A stretch of 64,000 nt of DNA from an uncultured virus (IMG/VR IMGVR_UViG_3300050015_000917) (lineage: Duplodnaviria > Heunggongvirae > Uroviricota > Caudoviricetes): positions 1-64,000 of the IMG/VR virus record IMGVR_UViG_3300050015_000917. One strand, written 5' to 3'. The translations under genes were made by a program, and so were the position numbers. Positions 20,356 to 31,500 of the stretch are shown here, one piece after another (positions within the stretch are counted from its first letter, which is position 1; each line of letters starts with the position of its first letter). Under the pieces are notes generated by a model. That model saw nothing but the letters and a program-made list of their open reading frames with translations, searched no databases and was not told where the DNA came from.

Positions 20356-21975
20356 ATGAAGAAACAATTAGTATTTGAATCCCTTCAGGATTTTCAAATT
20401 AACCAGGGAGAATTAAATGAAGCTATATTTAGCAAAATCGGGGGAGCTATTAAGAAATTTTTCCAAAAAATAGGAAAACTCTTCTTTTTTATGTTCCAAG
20501 GCAAACCAACTACAGAAGCTATGGCTCCTGTTAATATTGGTATCCTGGTTAAAGAAGGCGCTCTTTTTAAAGGAATTTCTTATGTTCCATCAAAATCAGA
20601 TATTGAGGTAAACCCCCAATTAGGATCTCTTACTAGAGAAATGCTTATTCAAAAAAGAGGAGGAAATAATGTTCAAGAAAGTGTTGTTAATGAGGCTAAA
20701 ATCTCTCTTGATCATCCCGATAAAAATGTACCAAATGTAGATAAAAAAGGATTTCAAAGAAGGGTTCGTATGTGTATTAAATATCCCAGAATTAAACCTG
20801 TTATGATTTGGGGAGCACCTGGGATAGGAAAAACACAAATAGTAAAATCTGTTTTGGAATTAGTAAATCCTCAAGGAAGACTTATTGATGTACAAACATC
20901 TAAAATGGCTCCTGATGATTGGTCACTTCCTGCAACTTATAAAATAGATGATGAACTTAAAGCAAGGGATATTCCTAAATCCTGGCTTCCTGTTTACATT
21001 AAAAGCGATGATGCAGCTGAAAATAAAAGAAGAGATGAGATTGCTAATTTTGGCGATGGCGGGGTTCTTTTCTTAGATGAACTTTCTCGTGCACCTAGTT
21101 CAGTTCAAAATACTTGTTTGAAACTTATCGATGAAAGAATAATTGGTGATGCAATTTTAGGTTCTAAATGGTCAATTATTTCAGCATCTAATAGAGCAGG
21201 AGATGATTCAGAAAGCGTTCAGAACTTTTCAACAGCTTTAGGAAATAGATTTTCCCAGATAAATTATATTCCTGATTTCAAAGGATGGAAAGAATGGGCT
21301 TCAACTAAAGGAAGAGAAACCCCAGAAAAAACTCAGGAAAAAGGTAAAAAGCAAGAATATAATAAAACGGATCCTTCTAAAAGTCCAATAGATTCTCGTA
21401 TTGTTGACTTCTTGGAATTTAATCAAGAATATTTCTATACTCTTGATGATGATCCGGAAAAGAGTATCTTTGCATCTCCTCGTTCATGGGAAGCTGCTTC
21501 AAATAATATAGCTGCTCTTATGCAAGATGCTAAAGATGAAGGCTATAATGTAACCAATAAGGATATTACTGAGGTAGTTGGTTCTGATGTTGGTATGGAT
21601 ATTGCAACAGAATTTCAGACATTCCTAAGACTTCTTGAATCATTCAAAAAAGAAGATATTAAAGAAGTTCTTACCCACCCAGATAAGGCACGTATGCCTA
21701 AAAAAGCTGGTTCAGGATTTGATCAGTCAGAAGCTAATGCTCTTATCTCTCTCGTTTGTACATCAACAAGGGGAAGAGATATTACTCCAGATGAATTTAA
21801 TAACTTTGTAACATATCTTATTCGTCTTGATAATGGTTCACTTGCAACAAGAGGATTAAAAATGATGATTGATATTCATCCTTATATTCACGAAGAACTT
21901 GGTGAAGTTGAAGGAAGAGACAAATACAAAGAAGGCGTAGATAGATTTATTGTTAAATACAAAGATATTTTCTAA
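20356..21975 (+). CDS. AAA+ ATPase (MoxR/AAA_5-like)
   Basis: Walker A WGAPGIGKT, Walker B LFLDE, ASNR sensor, ALGNRF arginine finger and SPRSWE. Confidence 0.9.
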   Translation: MKKQLVFESLQDFQINQGELNEAIFSKIGGAIKKFFQKIGKLFFFMFQGKPTTEAMAPVNIGILVKEGALFKGISYVPSKSDIEVNPQLGSLTREMLIQKRGGNNVQESVVNEAKISLDHPDKNVPNVDKKGFQRRVRMCIKYPRIKPVMIWGAPGIGKTQIVKSVLELVNPQGRLIDVQTSKMAPDDWSLPATYKIDDELKARDIPKSWLPVYIKSDDAAENKRRDEIANFGDGGVLFLDELSRAPSSVQNTCLKLIDERIIGDAILGSKWSIISASNRAGDDSESVQNFSTALGNRFSQINYIPDFKGWKEWASTKGRETPEKTQEKGKKQEYNKTDPSKSPIDSRIVDFLEFNQEYFYTLDDDPEKSIFASPRSWEAASNNIAALMQDAKDEGYNVTNKDITEVVGSDVGMDIATEFQTFLRLLESFKKEDIKEVLTHPDKARMPKKAGSGFDQSEANALISLVCTSTRGRDITPDEFNNFVTYLIRLDNGSLATRGLKMMIDIHPYIHEELGEVEGRDKYKEGVDRFIVKYKDIF

Positions 21976-21990
21976 AATAAAACTTAATAT

Positions 21991-22434
21991 ATGAAGCTTG
22001 TTCTTGAAAGCTTACTAGAATTTCAGAGGGGAAGAAACCCCTCTGAAGTTTTGTCATTAGGTAAGAAAAAGGAAATTGATATATGGTTAAAGCAATATAT
22101 TCCTTTTTCTCGAGCTAGGATCAATTCAGAGTGGACCATTGATACAAAAGAAGTGGTTATTCCTCAAAATAAAGCTATTTATGAAATTCCAGAAGATATT
22201 CAATTTAATATTTGCAGTGGAAATTTTTTTATAAGAGATAATTATTTAAAATCTATGAATGGATGTCCAAAAATAGTGAAGGGTGATTTTATGGTAGATG
22301 GGAATAAATTAGTGAATCTTGATGGATGTCCTGAAGAGGTTAGTGGGGATTTCTATATTAAGAAAAATGAAAATAAATTTACTGTTGACGAAATCAAAAA
22401 AATCTGTAACGTTGGCGGTCGTATTGTTGTATGA
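21991..22434 (+). CDS. FERG-tag protein with short LRR-like cargo
   Basis: MKLVLESLLEFQRGRNPSEVLSLG; NYLKSMNGCPKIVKGDF and NKLVNLDGCPEEVSGDF. Confidence 0.75.
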   Translation: MKLVLESLLEFQRGRNPSEVLSLGKKKEIDIWLKQYIPFSRARINSEWTIDTKEVVIPQNKAIYEIPEDIQFNICSGNFFIRDNYLKSMNGCPKIVKGDFMVDGNKLVNLDGCPEEVSGDFYIKKNENKFTVDEIKKICNVGGRIVV

Positions 22435-22730
22435 TAGTTCAAGAAACCATAGATTTTCAAAGAGGAAAAGATCCTAGAGATACTTTACAACTAGGTAGGA
22501 AAATTATTCTTAAATTATGTAATGATTATCGAATTGAGGGGTTTTTAAGAAATAAAAAAGAAGCGGAATATTTCATAAGACAAATTAATGTTGATATGCG
22601 ACAAGCTTATGAAGAAGCTGGGGATGATGGCCAAAGGGAATCAGATGCAAGAGAGATAAGAGATAATGTTTTTTATAAATATGAAAAACAATTAGAAGAA
22701 GAAACTGGATTTAAATTAGTTGATGAATAA
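22431..22730 (+). CDS. FERG-tag small hypothetical protein
   Basis: MIVQETIDFQRGKDPRDTLQLG; ATGA overlap with the upstream gene. Confidence 0.7.
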   Translation: MIVQETIDFQRGKDPRDTLQLGRKIILKLCNDYRIEGFLRNKKEAEYFIRQINVDMRQAYEEAGDDGQRESDAREIRDNVFYKYEKQLEEETGFKLVDE

Positions 22731-23908
22731 TGGCTTTGGTAAAAGAATATATCGATTACGATCGAGAGGATAGGCAAGAATTAGAACTTATTAAAATTCT
22801 TGAAATCGGTCTTCTTAAAAAAGTTAGGGAGTATGCAAAAGAAAAAGGCTGGGATTCTCCAGAAGAATGGATTCCAAATATACTTAATGACCCTCAGCTA
22901 GGAGAAGAAACCCGGGATTTTTGGGTTCAAGCTCTTCTTAATCATGGCCATTTTAAATCTGGGGTAGTTAGGGAATCCCTTGATTTCGAAAGAGGATTAA
23001 CTCCTAAGCAATCTCTTGGAATAGGTATTGAAGAAACTATTAGAAATTTTTTAGATGATAAAACAAGTTCAAGCCCATCTTTATGGATTTCATATTTATT
23101 AAATGAAGGAAGAGAAGAAGAGCTAGACAGGGAAACCAGAGACAAATGGATCAAATTTCTTATTACAAAACCAGAATATAATAAGGATCTAGATGAAAAT
23201 GATTATCTTGAATTAGCATATAGAGAAATTGAATGGATTCCCTATGCTCCGTTTAAAGATGATAATTTTAAATATAAATTTACAGAAAATAGTTATGTTC
23301 TTTATTTTAAGGATTGGGGTAATTTTGCAGATTATTTTGATACAACTTCAAGAGATGTAAATTCGCAATTTATCGAAGCAGTTTTATCTGGAGATGGTTC
23401 TTATGAATATTTTGATTATGGCGTAAGAGAATATAAAGACATTACGGATTTTGCATGGCCTATTAATAGAGTTCTGCAAAAAGGAAAACAAATCCCTGCT
23501 ATAAAAGATCTAAAAGATAAAGCTATTGAAATGGGAGCAGACCCGAATAAAACGGAAACAATAGATGATCTTTTAGAAGAAATTCAGGAAAATGAAGATC
23601 TATCAGATCTCTGTGATGCTGTTAGATTTGCTTATAGTGAAGCTACAGCTCTTGCTGATGAATCTGAAGCTTATATGGATTTACAAAGAGCTATTAAAAA
23701 GCATTATCATATTGGGGATGCTAAATATGATGAAAGCAAAGAATTTTTTGTAGCTCCTTGTGATTTTGAAGGTATTAAACTTTTATCATTTACACTAGCA
23801 ACCGGAGAAGATAAAATTGAATATAATCCTCCACAAAGTTATAGCGGAGATATGACAATGGAAGATATAAATGATTCGCTCATTAATAAATTAGATGATT
23901 TGGAATGA
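22730..23908 (+). CDS. Acidic two-module FERG-tag protein
   Basis: Degenerate N-terminal tag MALVKEYIDYDR and internal VVRESLDFERGLTPKQSLGIG (Glu at 22973). Both modules begin with similar sequence (SPxxWI..L..ETRDxW). Confidence 0.75.
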   Translation: MALVKEYIDYDREDRQELELIKILEIGLLKKVREYAKEKGWDSPEEWIPNILNDPQLGEETRDFWVQALLNHGHFKSGVVRESLDFERGLTPKQSLGIGIEETIRNFLDDKTSSSPSLWISYLLNEGREEELDRETRDKWIKFLITKPEYNKDLDENDYLELAYREIEWIPYAPFKDDNFKYKFTENSYVLYFKDWGNFADYFDTTSRDVNSQFIEAVLSGDGSYEYFDYGVREYKDITDFAWPINRVLQKGKQIPAIKDLKDKAIEMGADPNKTETIDDLLEEIQENEDLSDLCDAVRFAYSEATALADESEAYMDLQRAIKKHYHIGDAKYDESKEFFVAPCDFEGIKLLSFTLATGEDKIEYNPPQSYSGDMTMEDINDSLINKLDDLE

Positions 23909-24537
23909 AAAAGCTAGTTTGCGAATCCATAGAACAATTATTTGAGAGCCCAGATGAGATTTCTCTTCCTAATCTTACTTATAATAGATTTGGGGAACCC
24001 GTGAATAGTGATCCATCTAAATCTCCTTATTTTACAGATGAAGACGCTCATCCTTTTTGGTATGATGAAGAAGGTAATTTTATTTTAGGACCAGCAGGGC
24101 AAACGCATCCAGAGGGGATTAGGAAACAGGGAAGATTTTTCTCAGGAAGAGTATGGCTAAATAAAAAAATGATTAGTTTTTGGGAATATCCGGATGCTGA
24201 AGATTTTTTGCTTCTTATTTCGGATCTTGAAAAAGAACTTGGCCAGCCTATTTTAGGTAAAAAATGGAAGATTGAAGTATTAGATATGGATTGGCAGAAA
24301 TTAAAAGATCAGAAAAGACCAGATGGATTTAAAACGGAATTAGTTTCTGTAAAAGATTATCAAAGAAGCGAACAAAGAACTGAAGAAGATTTTGGGCAGG
24401 AACATATTAAATCTCCTTTATTCAAAGCAAAACATGTTGCTCCGGGATTTGGTTCTAAAGATCCAGCTTATCAAGTAAAAAGAGCATGGCAAATGGCCTC
24501 AATTACAAGTGAAGGATTCAAAAAATTAAAATATTAG
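23905..24537 (+). CDS. Hypothetical protein with MKKLVCES leader
   Basis: 210-aa ORF overlapping the upstream stop; first 8 aa identical to 36393..37130. Confidence 0.7.
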   Translation: MKKLVCESIEQLFESPDEISLPNLTYNRFGEPVNSDPSKSPYFTDEDAHPFWYDEEGNFILGPAGQTHPEGIRKQGRFFSGRVWLNKKMISFWEYPDAEDFLLLISDLEKELGQPILGKKWKIEVLDMDWQKLKDQKRPDGFKTELVSVKDYQRSEQRTEEDFGQEHIKSPLFKAKHVAPGFGSKDPAYQVKRAWQMASITSEGFKKLKY

Positions 24538-24541
24538 AATC

Positions 24542-25057
24542 ATGATAGTACGAGAAGGATTGAATTTTGAAAGAGGGCAAGATCCAAAGGATGCTATGAA
24601 TATAGGCAATGAGAAAATTCGAAATTTAAGTCGAGATTATAATTATTTAGGCCCTATTATTAAAAATCTTCAAGCACCTGATGATGAATTTACTTTTGGG
24701 ACAATAAGACATAAAATAGATGGGCTTAAGAAAGTCATTGAATTAATTATTATTGAATTCTTACGAAAAAAATACGAAATACAATTTCAAGAAGATTCTG
24801 AACTAACTAGTGGATCCGGTGATAATTTATTTGCTTCCGCAAAAGTTGGTAATTATCAATACGAGCTTCGAAAAAATGGAGTTGGTAGCACTTATTGGGC
24901 AAAAGTTATAAGTCTTAAAGGAGAAACTTTAAATACTAGAAACTCAATTTTTGTAAATGAGCCACCTATAAAAGAAGATTTTTTCCAAACTTCTCAATCT
25001 TCTTCACTAAGGATTTTTGATGAAAAATTTCAAAAGCTTCTGAAAAAATATCATTAA
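24542..25057 (+). CDS. FERG-tag hypothetical protein
   Basis: MIVREGLNFERGQDPKDAMNIG. Confidence 0.75.
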   Translation: MIVREGLNFERGQDPKDAMNIGNEKIRNLSRDYNYLGPIIKNLQAPDDEFTFGTIRHKIDGLKKVIELIIIEFLRKKYEIQFQEDSELTSGSGDNLFASAKVGNYQYELRKNGVGSTYWAKVISLKGETLNTRNSIFVNEPPIKEDFFQTSQSSSLRIFDEKFQKLLKKYH

Positions 25058-25863
25058 ATTAATCCCTTCAAAAATAATTTCTTTTCAGCTTCTCTTCTTG
25101 GTTCTAATCCAGGAAATTTATCATCAGTATTCGTAGTTAAAATACTATCTGCTGCTGTTAGATAATCTTCTTGTTTTAAAGCTTGAACTATATCAGATCC
25201 TCTTAGACCATTTACTCCCATATTAAATGCCATTGAAATCATAGAATCCCACATACTTTGAGAAATCTGAACAACTAATCCCTGACCCATCCATTTTTTA
25301 AAAAGTCTTCTTATTCCATCTTCAGTCTTTTTAATGTCCTTTTTAAAAAGTCTCTCAGCTTCATATTTAGATATTTTTTGTCCTATAACGTATTTAGAGA
25401 TGCCTACGGGCTCAGCATGACCCCAACCAATGGTTATCATACCATCTCCCATTTCATAAGCTTCTAGATAAAGCTTTTCATATCCTCGTATAAAATTTAA
25501 ACCATTATTACTAGTTTTTAAGATTAGCGGGTCTTGAAGAATATCATAATTGAGTTTTGTCCCTTGCTCCTTTTCTTTCCAAAAATAAAGATTAAAAAGA
25601 TCATCAAATTTTTCATCTACCTCAGATTTAGTTAATTCTGGATTTTTAGCCATAAGAAGAACCAGAGGAGTATTTTGTACTTCCTGTTTTGAAGGAAGTT
25701 CCTTAAATCCTTTATCACTGGCTGTTAATAGAAATAAGGATGCTATGATAGCAGCTTTTTTAACTTTATCTTTAATAGAATTAATATCCAAACGTTCATT
25801 GAGAATTTCATGAGCAAGAAATTCCTCATTTAGAAATGGATATACGGATTCAGCAATAAACAT
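25054..25863 (-). CDS. Phage lysozyme (GH24-like) with N-terminal extension
   Basis: GLNFIRGYEKLYLEAY..GMITIGWGH, DSMISMAFNMG and PGLEPRREAEKKLF. Confidence 0.85.
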   Translation of the reverse strand: MFIAESVYPFLNEEFLAHEILNERLDINSIKDKVKKAAIIASLFLLTASDKGFKELPSKQEVQNTPLVLLMAKNPELTKSEVDEKFDDLFNLYFWKEKEQGTKLNYDILQDPLILKTSNNGLNFIRGYEKLYLEAYEMGDGMITIGWGHAEPVGISKYVIGQKISKYEAERLFKKDIKKTEDGIRRLFKKWMGQGLVVQISQSMWDSMISMAFNMGVNGLRGSDIVQALKQEDYLTAADSILTTNTDDKFPGLEPRREAEKKLFLKGLI

Positions 25864-25879
25864 TGGATCTAGTTTTCTT

Positions 25880-25916
25880 TATATATTCTGGTCTTTCGTT
25901 AGTATAAAGATATATA
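25880..25916. promoter_or_regulatory. Divergent pair of putative late-promoter motifs RATA(T/A)ATA
   Basis: AATATATA on the minus strand (25880-25887) faces the lysozyme; GATATATA on the plus strand (25909-25916) faces the gp25-like gene. The same motif precedes other structural operons. Confidence 0.5.
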
Positions 25917-25929
25917 AATAAAAACTGTA

Positions 25930-26292
25930 ATGGTTAAAGAAATATACATCAGAAACCCTGAAGACCCTAATTATCAATATTCCGTTTTCGAACATACGGA
26001 TCCAATAGAAAGCATTATTGCGAAACTCAGAATGATACTAGGAACAACACAGGGACAAGTTTTCGGAGATATAAATTTTGGTGTAGGAATCGAAGATCTT
26101 ATTTTTGAAACTCGAGTCAATAAGGTAGAATTAGAAGAAAAGATATTAAAACAAATACAAAGTTATATTTCTGAATCAAGCCAATATAAGATTCAGCCGT
26201 CGGTTTCTTTTGGCAAAGCTGATGGATTTGATTATTGTATCATTGATATTTATATAAATGATCAGAAAGCCATCGGGGTCTTAGTTAAGTAA
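25930..26292 (+). CDS. Baseplate wedge protein, gp25-like
   Basis: LRMILGTTQGQVFGDINFGVGIEDLIFE matches the gp25/GPW pattern; lies directly upstream of the gp6-like gene. Confidence 0.75.
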   Translation: MVKEIYIRNPEDPNYQYSVFEHTDPIESIIAKLRMILGTTQGQVFGDINFGVGIEDLIFETRVNKVELEEKILKQIQSYISESSQYKIQPSVSFGKADGFDYCIIDIYINDQKAIGVLVK

Positions 26293-26308
26293 AATATAAA
26301 AATAAATT

Positions 26309-28204
26309 ATGAATATAATACGTGTAGCAAGAATTAGGCTCAGTGAACTCTATCAAGATTCAATCAATTTCATAAAACAAACATATGATGATGCTGGTCA
26401 GTATTTTACTATGGCATCCCCAATGGGGCAACTTCTTCAGGTTCTTTTGAATCTAGGAAGAGTCATTCTTTACTATGTTGAAGATTCTATTACAGAGTTA
26501 AATATTTTAACTGCTTCTAGATCCCAAAGTGTAAAAGGTCTTGCATCTTTAACAGGTCATAATTCTTCTAGAGGGGTAGCCGCACGAGGAACTCTTAGAT
26601 TATATTACAATGGAGAAAAACTCGATATTTATGGAAATACAGCAGTTATTCCTAATTATACTAGACTTACTTCTACTTTTAATGGGCTTACATATACAAT
26701 AACTCTTCCTGGAAATGAGACTCGTTTAGATTTAGGTTCAATTACGAATTATGTTGATGTAAATATAGTCCAGGGTAAATTAGAATATCAGCAAGCAACA
26801 GGAACGGGGGATGCATTGCAAAGTTTTAATTTTCAGGCTAAGAAGGGATCTATGATTGATAATTTCTTTGTAAATATTTACGTAAATGGAAAAAAATGGG
26901 CAAGCAAAGATTCAATTCTTGATATGAATTTTAGAGAAGAAAGTGTAATGGTAAAAACTGGTCAAACTGGAGGCATTGATATTTTCTTTGGCAATGGTTA
27001 TAATGGGTCAGTTCCTCCTCTTGGAGCTACTATTCTTGCCGAATATCTTTTAACGGATGGTGAAGCAGGTAATATTAGAACTGCTGAAGCCAAAACCACT
27101 ACTAATTGGAAATTTGAAGGAAAAGGATATTCTCTTAATAGCCAAGAAATCGATCTCAATAAAATACTTAGAGTAGCTATTCAAAAAGACGTTTTATTTG
27201 GAACTCAAGAAGAACCTGTTTATTTAACTCGTCTCTTAGCTCCTCATATGTCAAGAAGTTTTGTTTTAGCAAATCCAAACAATTATATCTACTTTTTAAG
27301 TAAATTAAATATGTTTACTATTGTAGATGCTATTCCGGGATTTGCAACTTTCGAAGATAAATTTACTCTCGATAAATATAATCAGGCTAAAACTACTTTT
27401 GAAAATATTCAAGAACAATATCGTACACTTTTAGCAACAGTTGGAGCTTCTTCATCTAAATCTCTTACAAAGAAAACAGAATTAGATAATGCTCAAAATC
27501 AAGTTTCCTATTGGCAAGGTCAGGTTGATGAACAGAAAAAAGATGACAATACGGTTTATCTCTATTTGGTTCCTGATGTAAATCAAAGAATCCCAGCAAA
27601 TCAGAATTATTTTTCATGTGGATTAGATTCATTTCAATTAACTAATTTGGAAAAAAGAGGAATTCTGGACTTAATCGAAGAAAGTGGTCAAAGAATTATC
27701 ACTGTAGATAATGCTATTATGACTCTTAAATATCCGAGGTTTGTTTTAAATGTTGTATTAATTATTTATGAAGGATATGAATTAAATAATATTAGGGAGG
27801 ATATAATTTCAAAAACTTCTGATTATTTCTTAAAAAATACTAGAAGAGATAGAATTCCTCAATCCGATATTGTAAGAATTATTGAACAGATTGATGGAGT
27901 AGATTCTGTCTCCGTTTGGTTTGATGCAGATAAAAATAATTTCCAAATTTATGGAAATGGATATGGAATTGATGATTACGGAGACGTTCTTCTTGAAAGA
28001 TATGTTTCAGATGCTTTTAATAATAAAGTAACTGTTAAAGATCTTTATCCTCTTATTCGTGGTGGATTTGAAAGTTCTAATGGAATTACTTATGATGACT
28101 CAGTTGCTAAAGATCGTCTTTCAACTGTGAATATTAATCTAAGAGGTATTACTCCGGTTAATTTCAATAGTAATCAAAATAAAAATATTGTATCTAGTTT
28201 ATAA
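26309..28204 (+). CDS. Baseplate wedge protein, gp6/baseplate-J-like
   Basis: ELNILTASRSQSVKGLASLTGH, IFFGNGYNGSVPPLGATILAEYLLTDGEAGN and SDIVRIIEQIDGV. Confidence 0.8.
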   Translation: MNIIRVARIRLSELYQDSINFIKQTYDDAGQYFTMASPMGQLLQVLLNLGRVILYYVEDSITELNILTASRSQSVKGLASLTGHNSSRGVAARGTLRLYYNGEKLDIYGNTAVIPNYTRLTSTFNGLTYTITLPGNETRLDLGSITNYVDVNIVQGKLEYQQATGTGDALQSFNFQAKKGSMIDNFFVNIYVNGKKWASKDSILDMNFREESVMVKTGQTGGIDIFFGNGYNGSVPPLGATILAEYLLTDGEAGNIRTAEAKTTTNWKFEGKGYSLNSQEIDLNKILRVAIQKDVLFGTQEEPVYLTRLLAPHMSRSFVLANPNNYIYFLSKLNMFTIVDAIPGFATFEDKFTLDKYNQAKTTFENIQEQYRTLLATVGASSSKSLTKKTELDNAQNQVSYWQGQVDEQKKDDNTVYLYLVPDVNQRIPANQNYFSCGLDSFQLTNLEKRGILDLIEESGQRIITVDNAIMTLKYPRFVLNVVLIIYEGYELNNIREDIISKTSDYFLKNTRRDRIPQSDIVRIIEQIDGVDSVSVWFDADKNNFQIYGNGYGIDDYGDVLLERYVSDAFNNKVTVKDLYPLIRGGFESSNGITYDDSVAKDRLSTVNINLRGITPVNFNSNQNKNIVSSL

Positions 28205-28500
28205 TGGCAAATCTAACTCAAAAACAAAATGCTATAAGTAGCAAAAGTCAGAGATTTAGGGTCAGATCTTCTTATCTGAATTCAGCAAAACATCTTTCTG
28301 ATAATTATTTAAATCTTGGATATCCATATCAAGGAAAAATTTTTCAAAAGATGACTTCTCAGGAACTTTGGGCAAATCCAAGACAGAAACCTCTTTTTGC
28401 TCAACTTGAAGGAATGATCACATTTATTTTGGAACAAGTTAAGTATATTAAAAAGACTTTTTCTATAGCACATGATAAAGATAGTGTAAACGTTAATTAA
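28204..28500 (+). CDS. Hypothetical protein in the baseplate operon
   Basis: 98-aa ORF coupled by a TAATG overlap. Confidence 0.65.
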   Translation: MANLTQKQNAISSKSQRFRVRSSYLNSAKHLSDNYLNLGYPYQGKIFQKMTSQELWANPRQKPLFAQLEGMITFILEQVKYIKKTFSIAHDKDSVNVN

Positions 28501-28506
28501 TAATCT

Positions 28507-31500
28507 ATGAATATTCAGAATTGGAAGATTTTTGATAAAAGTGGCTCTCTGCTTAATCTATATGCTGATGCATATTTGCCTCTTACTTTTACACCTAGTA
28601 ATCAGAATGCAACTGGCGCTTCTGGATATGCTATAACGGATCCAAGTAACTATATTATTAAGGGAATTAACGGTGTAAAAATTACAAATAGCGGTTGGGG
28701 ATATACTGGATTACAAACAGATCCTCAGATTCAATTAAATTCCTCTTTTACCGATTATACTCATATCTTATTAAGCCCCTCTGAAGTTTCTATTGGATTT
28801 AAGGATGTGTCGATTTTTAATCCCGATCCGGGCAATTCTAAAGCTATAGAAAGCGTTTTAATAACGTTAGTACCGGATGTTTCTTTCCTTTATCCTTCTA
28901 TTTCTTTCAGCTCAGCTATCTTCCTCAATCCTATTTCTCAGGGGCTTGTGGAAACTGAACACTTAACTATTATCGAAGAAACTTCTCCCGGGCTTTTTAT
29001 TAGTCCTAATGATCCGGATAATTCGATTTTGGTTTTCCGTTTTACTGATGGAGATCCTGAAATTAAATTATTTGAAATTGATGAACATGAGCAATTACTT
29101 TCTTGGTCAGATGAATTAGTTGTTGATGTATCTCGAGGAATTGTAAGTTCTGGATTAATGATTAATATCGGATTCCGCTCAGACAATGAAGGAGTTTATG
29201 AAAGAAGACTTCGAGTTTATCATCGAGTAGGAACTACAGACTATCTCATTGCAGAAATTCTTATTAATGCTGAATCTATTGGGCCTGATGAAAGATTTGA
29301 TACCCTTATAACTAATTTTGGATTACCAAGCCCAAAAGCTACTCCTATCTTATTTAAGGAAGCGGATATTAATGAAGCTCTTCCTGATTGGAAACTTCTT
29401 AATCAAAAATCAAAGCATATGATTCTGGAGCATGATAAAATCATGCCTTATATAGGAACATATAAAGCTCTTATTAATGCTATTAAATGGCTGGGGTATG
29501 ATGATATAAGTGTCAAGGAATGGTATAGAAACGTTAAAGAGAGAACAAAATTGTCTTTAACAGTTCCATATGATGCTGCAGAAAGAACAAAAACAATTCT
29601 TTATTTTAGTCCCGAAGAAAGAAGAAATCTTAAAAAATTAAATCAGCTTTCCCTGGTTTATTGTCTTACCCGAGAAACAGGAGAAATTGATGAATGGGGA
29701 AATCCATTAACTGAAGATTGTTATAGCTATAATCTAAATGAAATTCTTATTAAATTATATGCTCTTAAACAATGGCTTGAAAGATGGATTATAGGGGTAA
29801 ACGCCCGTATTACAGATATTACAGGAGAAGGTATTTATTTTGAAAGATATCAGAATTTTATTTATGCTACTCAAAATATAGGAATAGAATCAAATTATAG
29901 ACAATCTGTTTCTCCATATGTATTAGCTAAAAGTACAGAATTGGTTGCTGGGGATGCTAGCATGGCTTTAACTTTAGAAGAATTAAGATCATCTACAGTT
30001 CAAAATCTTCCTATGAGAGCAATAGATTTTATTAAATTTGCTTGGAATCCTTCTTATGGATATTTCGATATTACGGATACTTCAGCTCTTTTATCAGATT
30101 CTTCAACTATTTTTATTGGTCCATCGGCTCAATTTCCTTTAGTAGATCTTTTTGATATTCAATGGAAACTTTCTGTAGAAAAAACAGATTCTGGAGTTGT
30201 TACTAATAACTTAGTAACAAAACCATTATGGATTTATGATAATGAAATAAGATTTTTCAATGTTTTGGATACTTCTTCTCAATTTTATGATAATAGTAAT
30301 TTAAATATTTTATTAGAGAAAGCTTATTTAAAGGATGCGGATCCATCAAATGATATCTGGGAAGACTCAATTGCTTATTCCATTTATTCGGATCCTTGCA
30401 CTGGAGGATATTGGATTGATAATTCTGCAGGATTTCATGTTTGGCAATCCTTTGATTATGTAAATCTAGTTCCTGATACAAATTCAAAATTAATTTATGA
30501 ATTTGATGCTAATTATAGAGTTCCTTTATTAAGTTTTGAAAATTATAAATTTACAGATGCTTCAGATAATGTTATTTCTTTAAATAAAAAATATTTCTTA
30601 GATATTATCGATGGCAAGATTATGATGGATTCTAGTATCCTAGGAATTAAAGATTGGGTAACAGATCCAAGCACAGCCGGAATTGAAAATTTAGAAACTA
30701 CTATAAATTGGAATTATGATTCATCTTTAGGCGAGCAGAAAATTACCTTAAATGTTGTTTATAGATCTCCAAGAATGCCTCTATACATTTATGATCCTTC
30801 AGCTTATTATTGGTCACAAGGCTCGGATCCTTCTATAGCAAAGGTAGTTGATAACCAGGTTTATCTTTTTAGAGTAAATCATACTGGGGATTTTCATATT
30901 GAACTTTATGCATGGGACGGGTTTAATAACATTTTTACAAATCAAATGGAATATACTCATCCAGTTTGGACAAAATTTCCAAGGATTTATTCTTTAGTAG
31001 ATAGTTCTAATTATTTAACTTATGAAGTAAGTACTTTTATGAATTTAAATGATGTGAGCGCTCTTATTTCTGCAAATCGTTTTCCACTATTTGATAAATA
31101 TATTCCCTTACAAGGACTAAGTCTTGAATTTGATCCATCTGGAGATCCTTATATTACTATTCCTTCGATTACTTATTTTCAGGATCTTCCGGAAACAGAT
31201 TCTTTGAATAGATTTATAAACTTAACAGAAAGAGTTGTAAATATAGCAGGTTCTACTATTGAAATTGATCCGGATTATCAGAAATTTTACACTGGAGATG
31301 ATATTCAACTTGTTAAATTTGATAAGGGAAAATATCATTTAACTTTAGAAGCTAGTGCTCATATTGCATCATCTAGTTCAGTTTATCCAGGATCTGCACA
31401 ACCTACATTAGCTATTTTGGATCAGATACCTGTTGAAATTACAATAGATGCTAGTTCAGAACTTTATATTCTTAATAATACTCATAGAAATACTTCAAAT

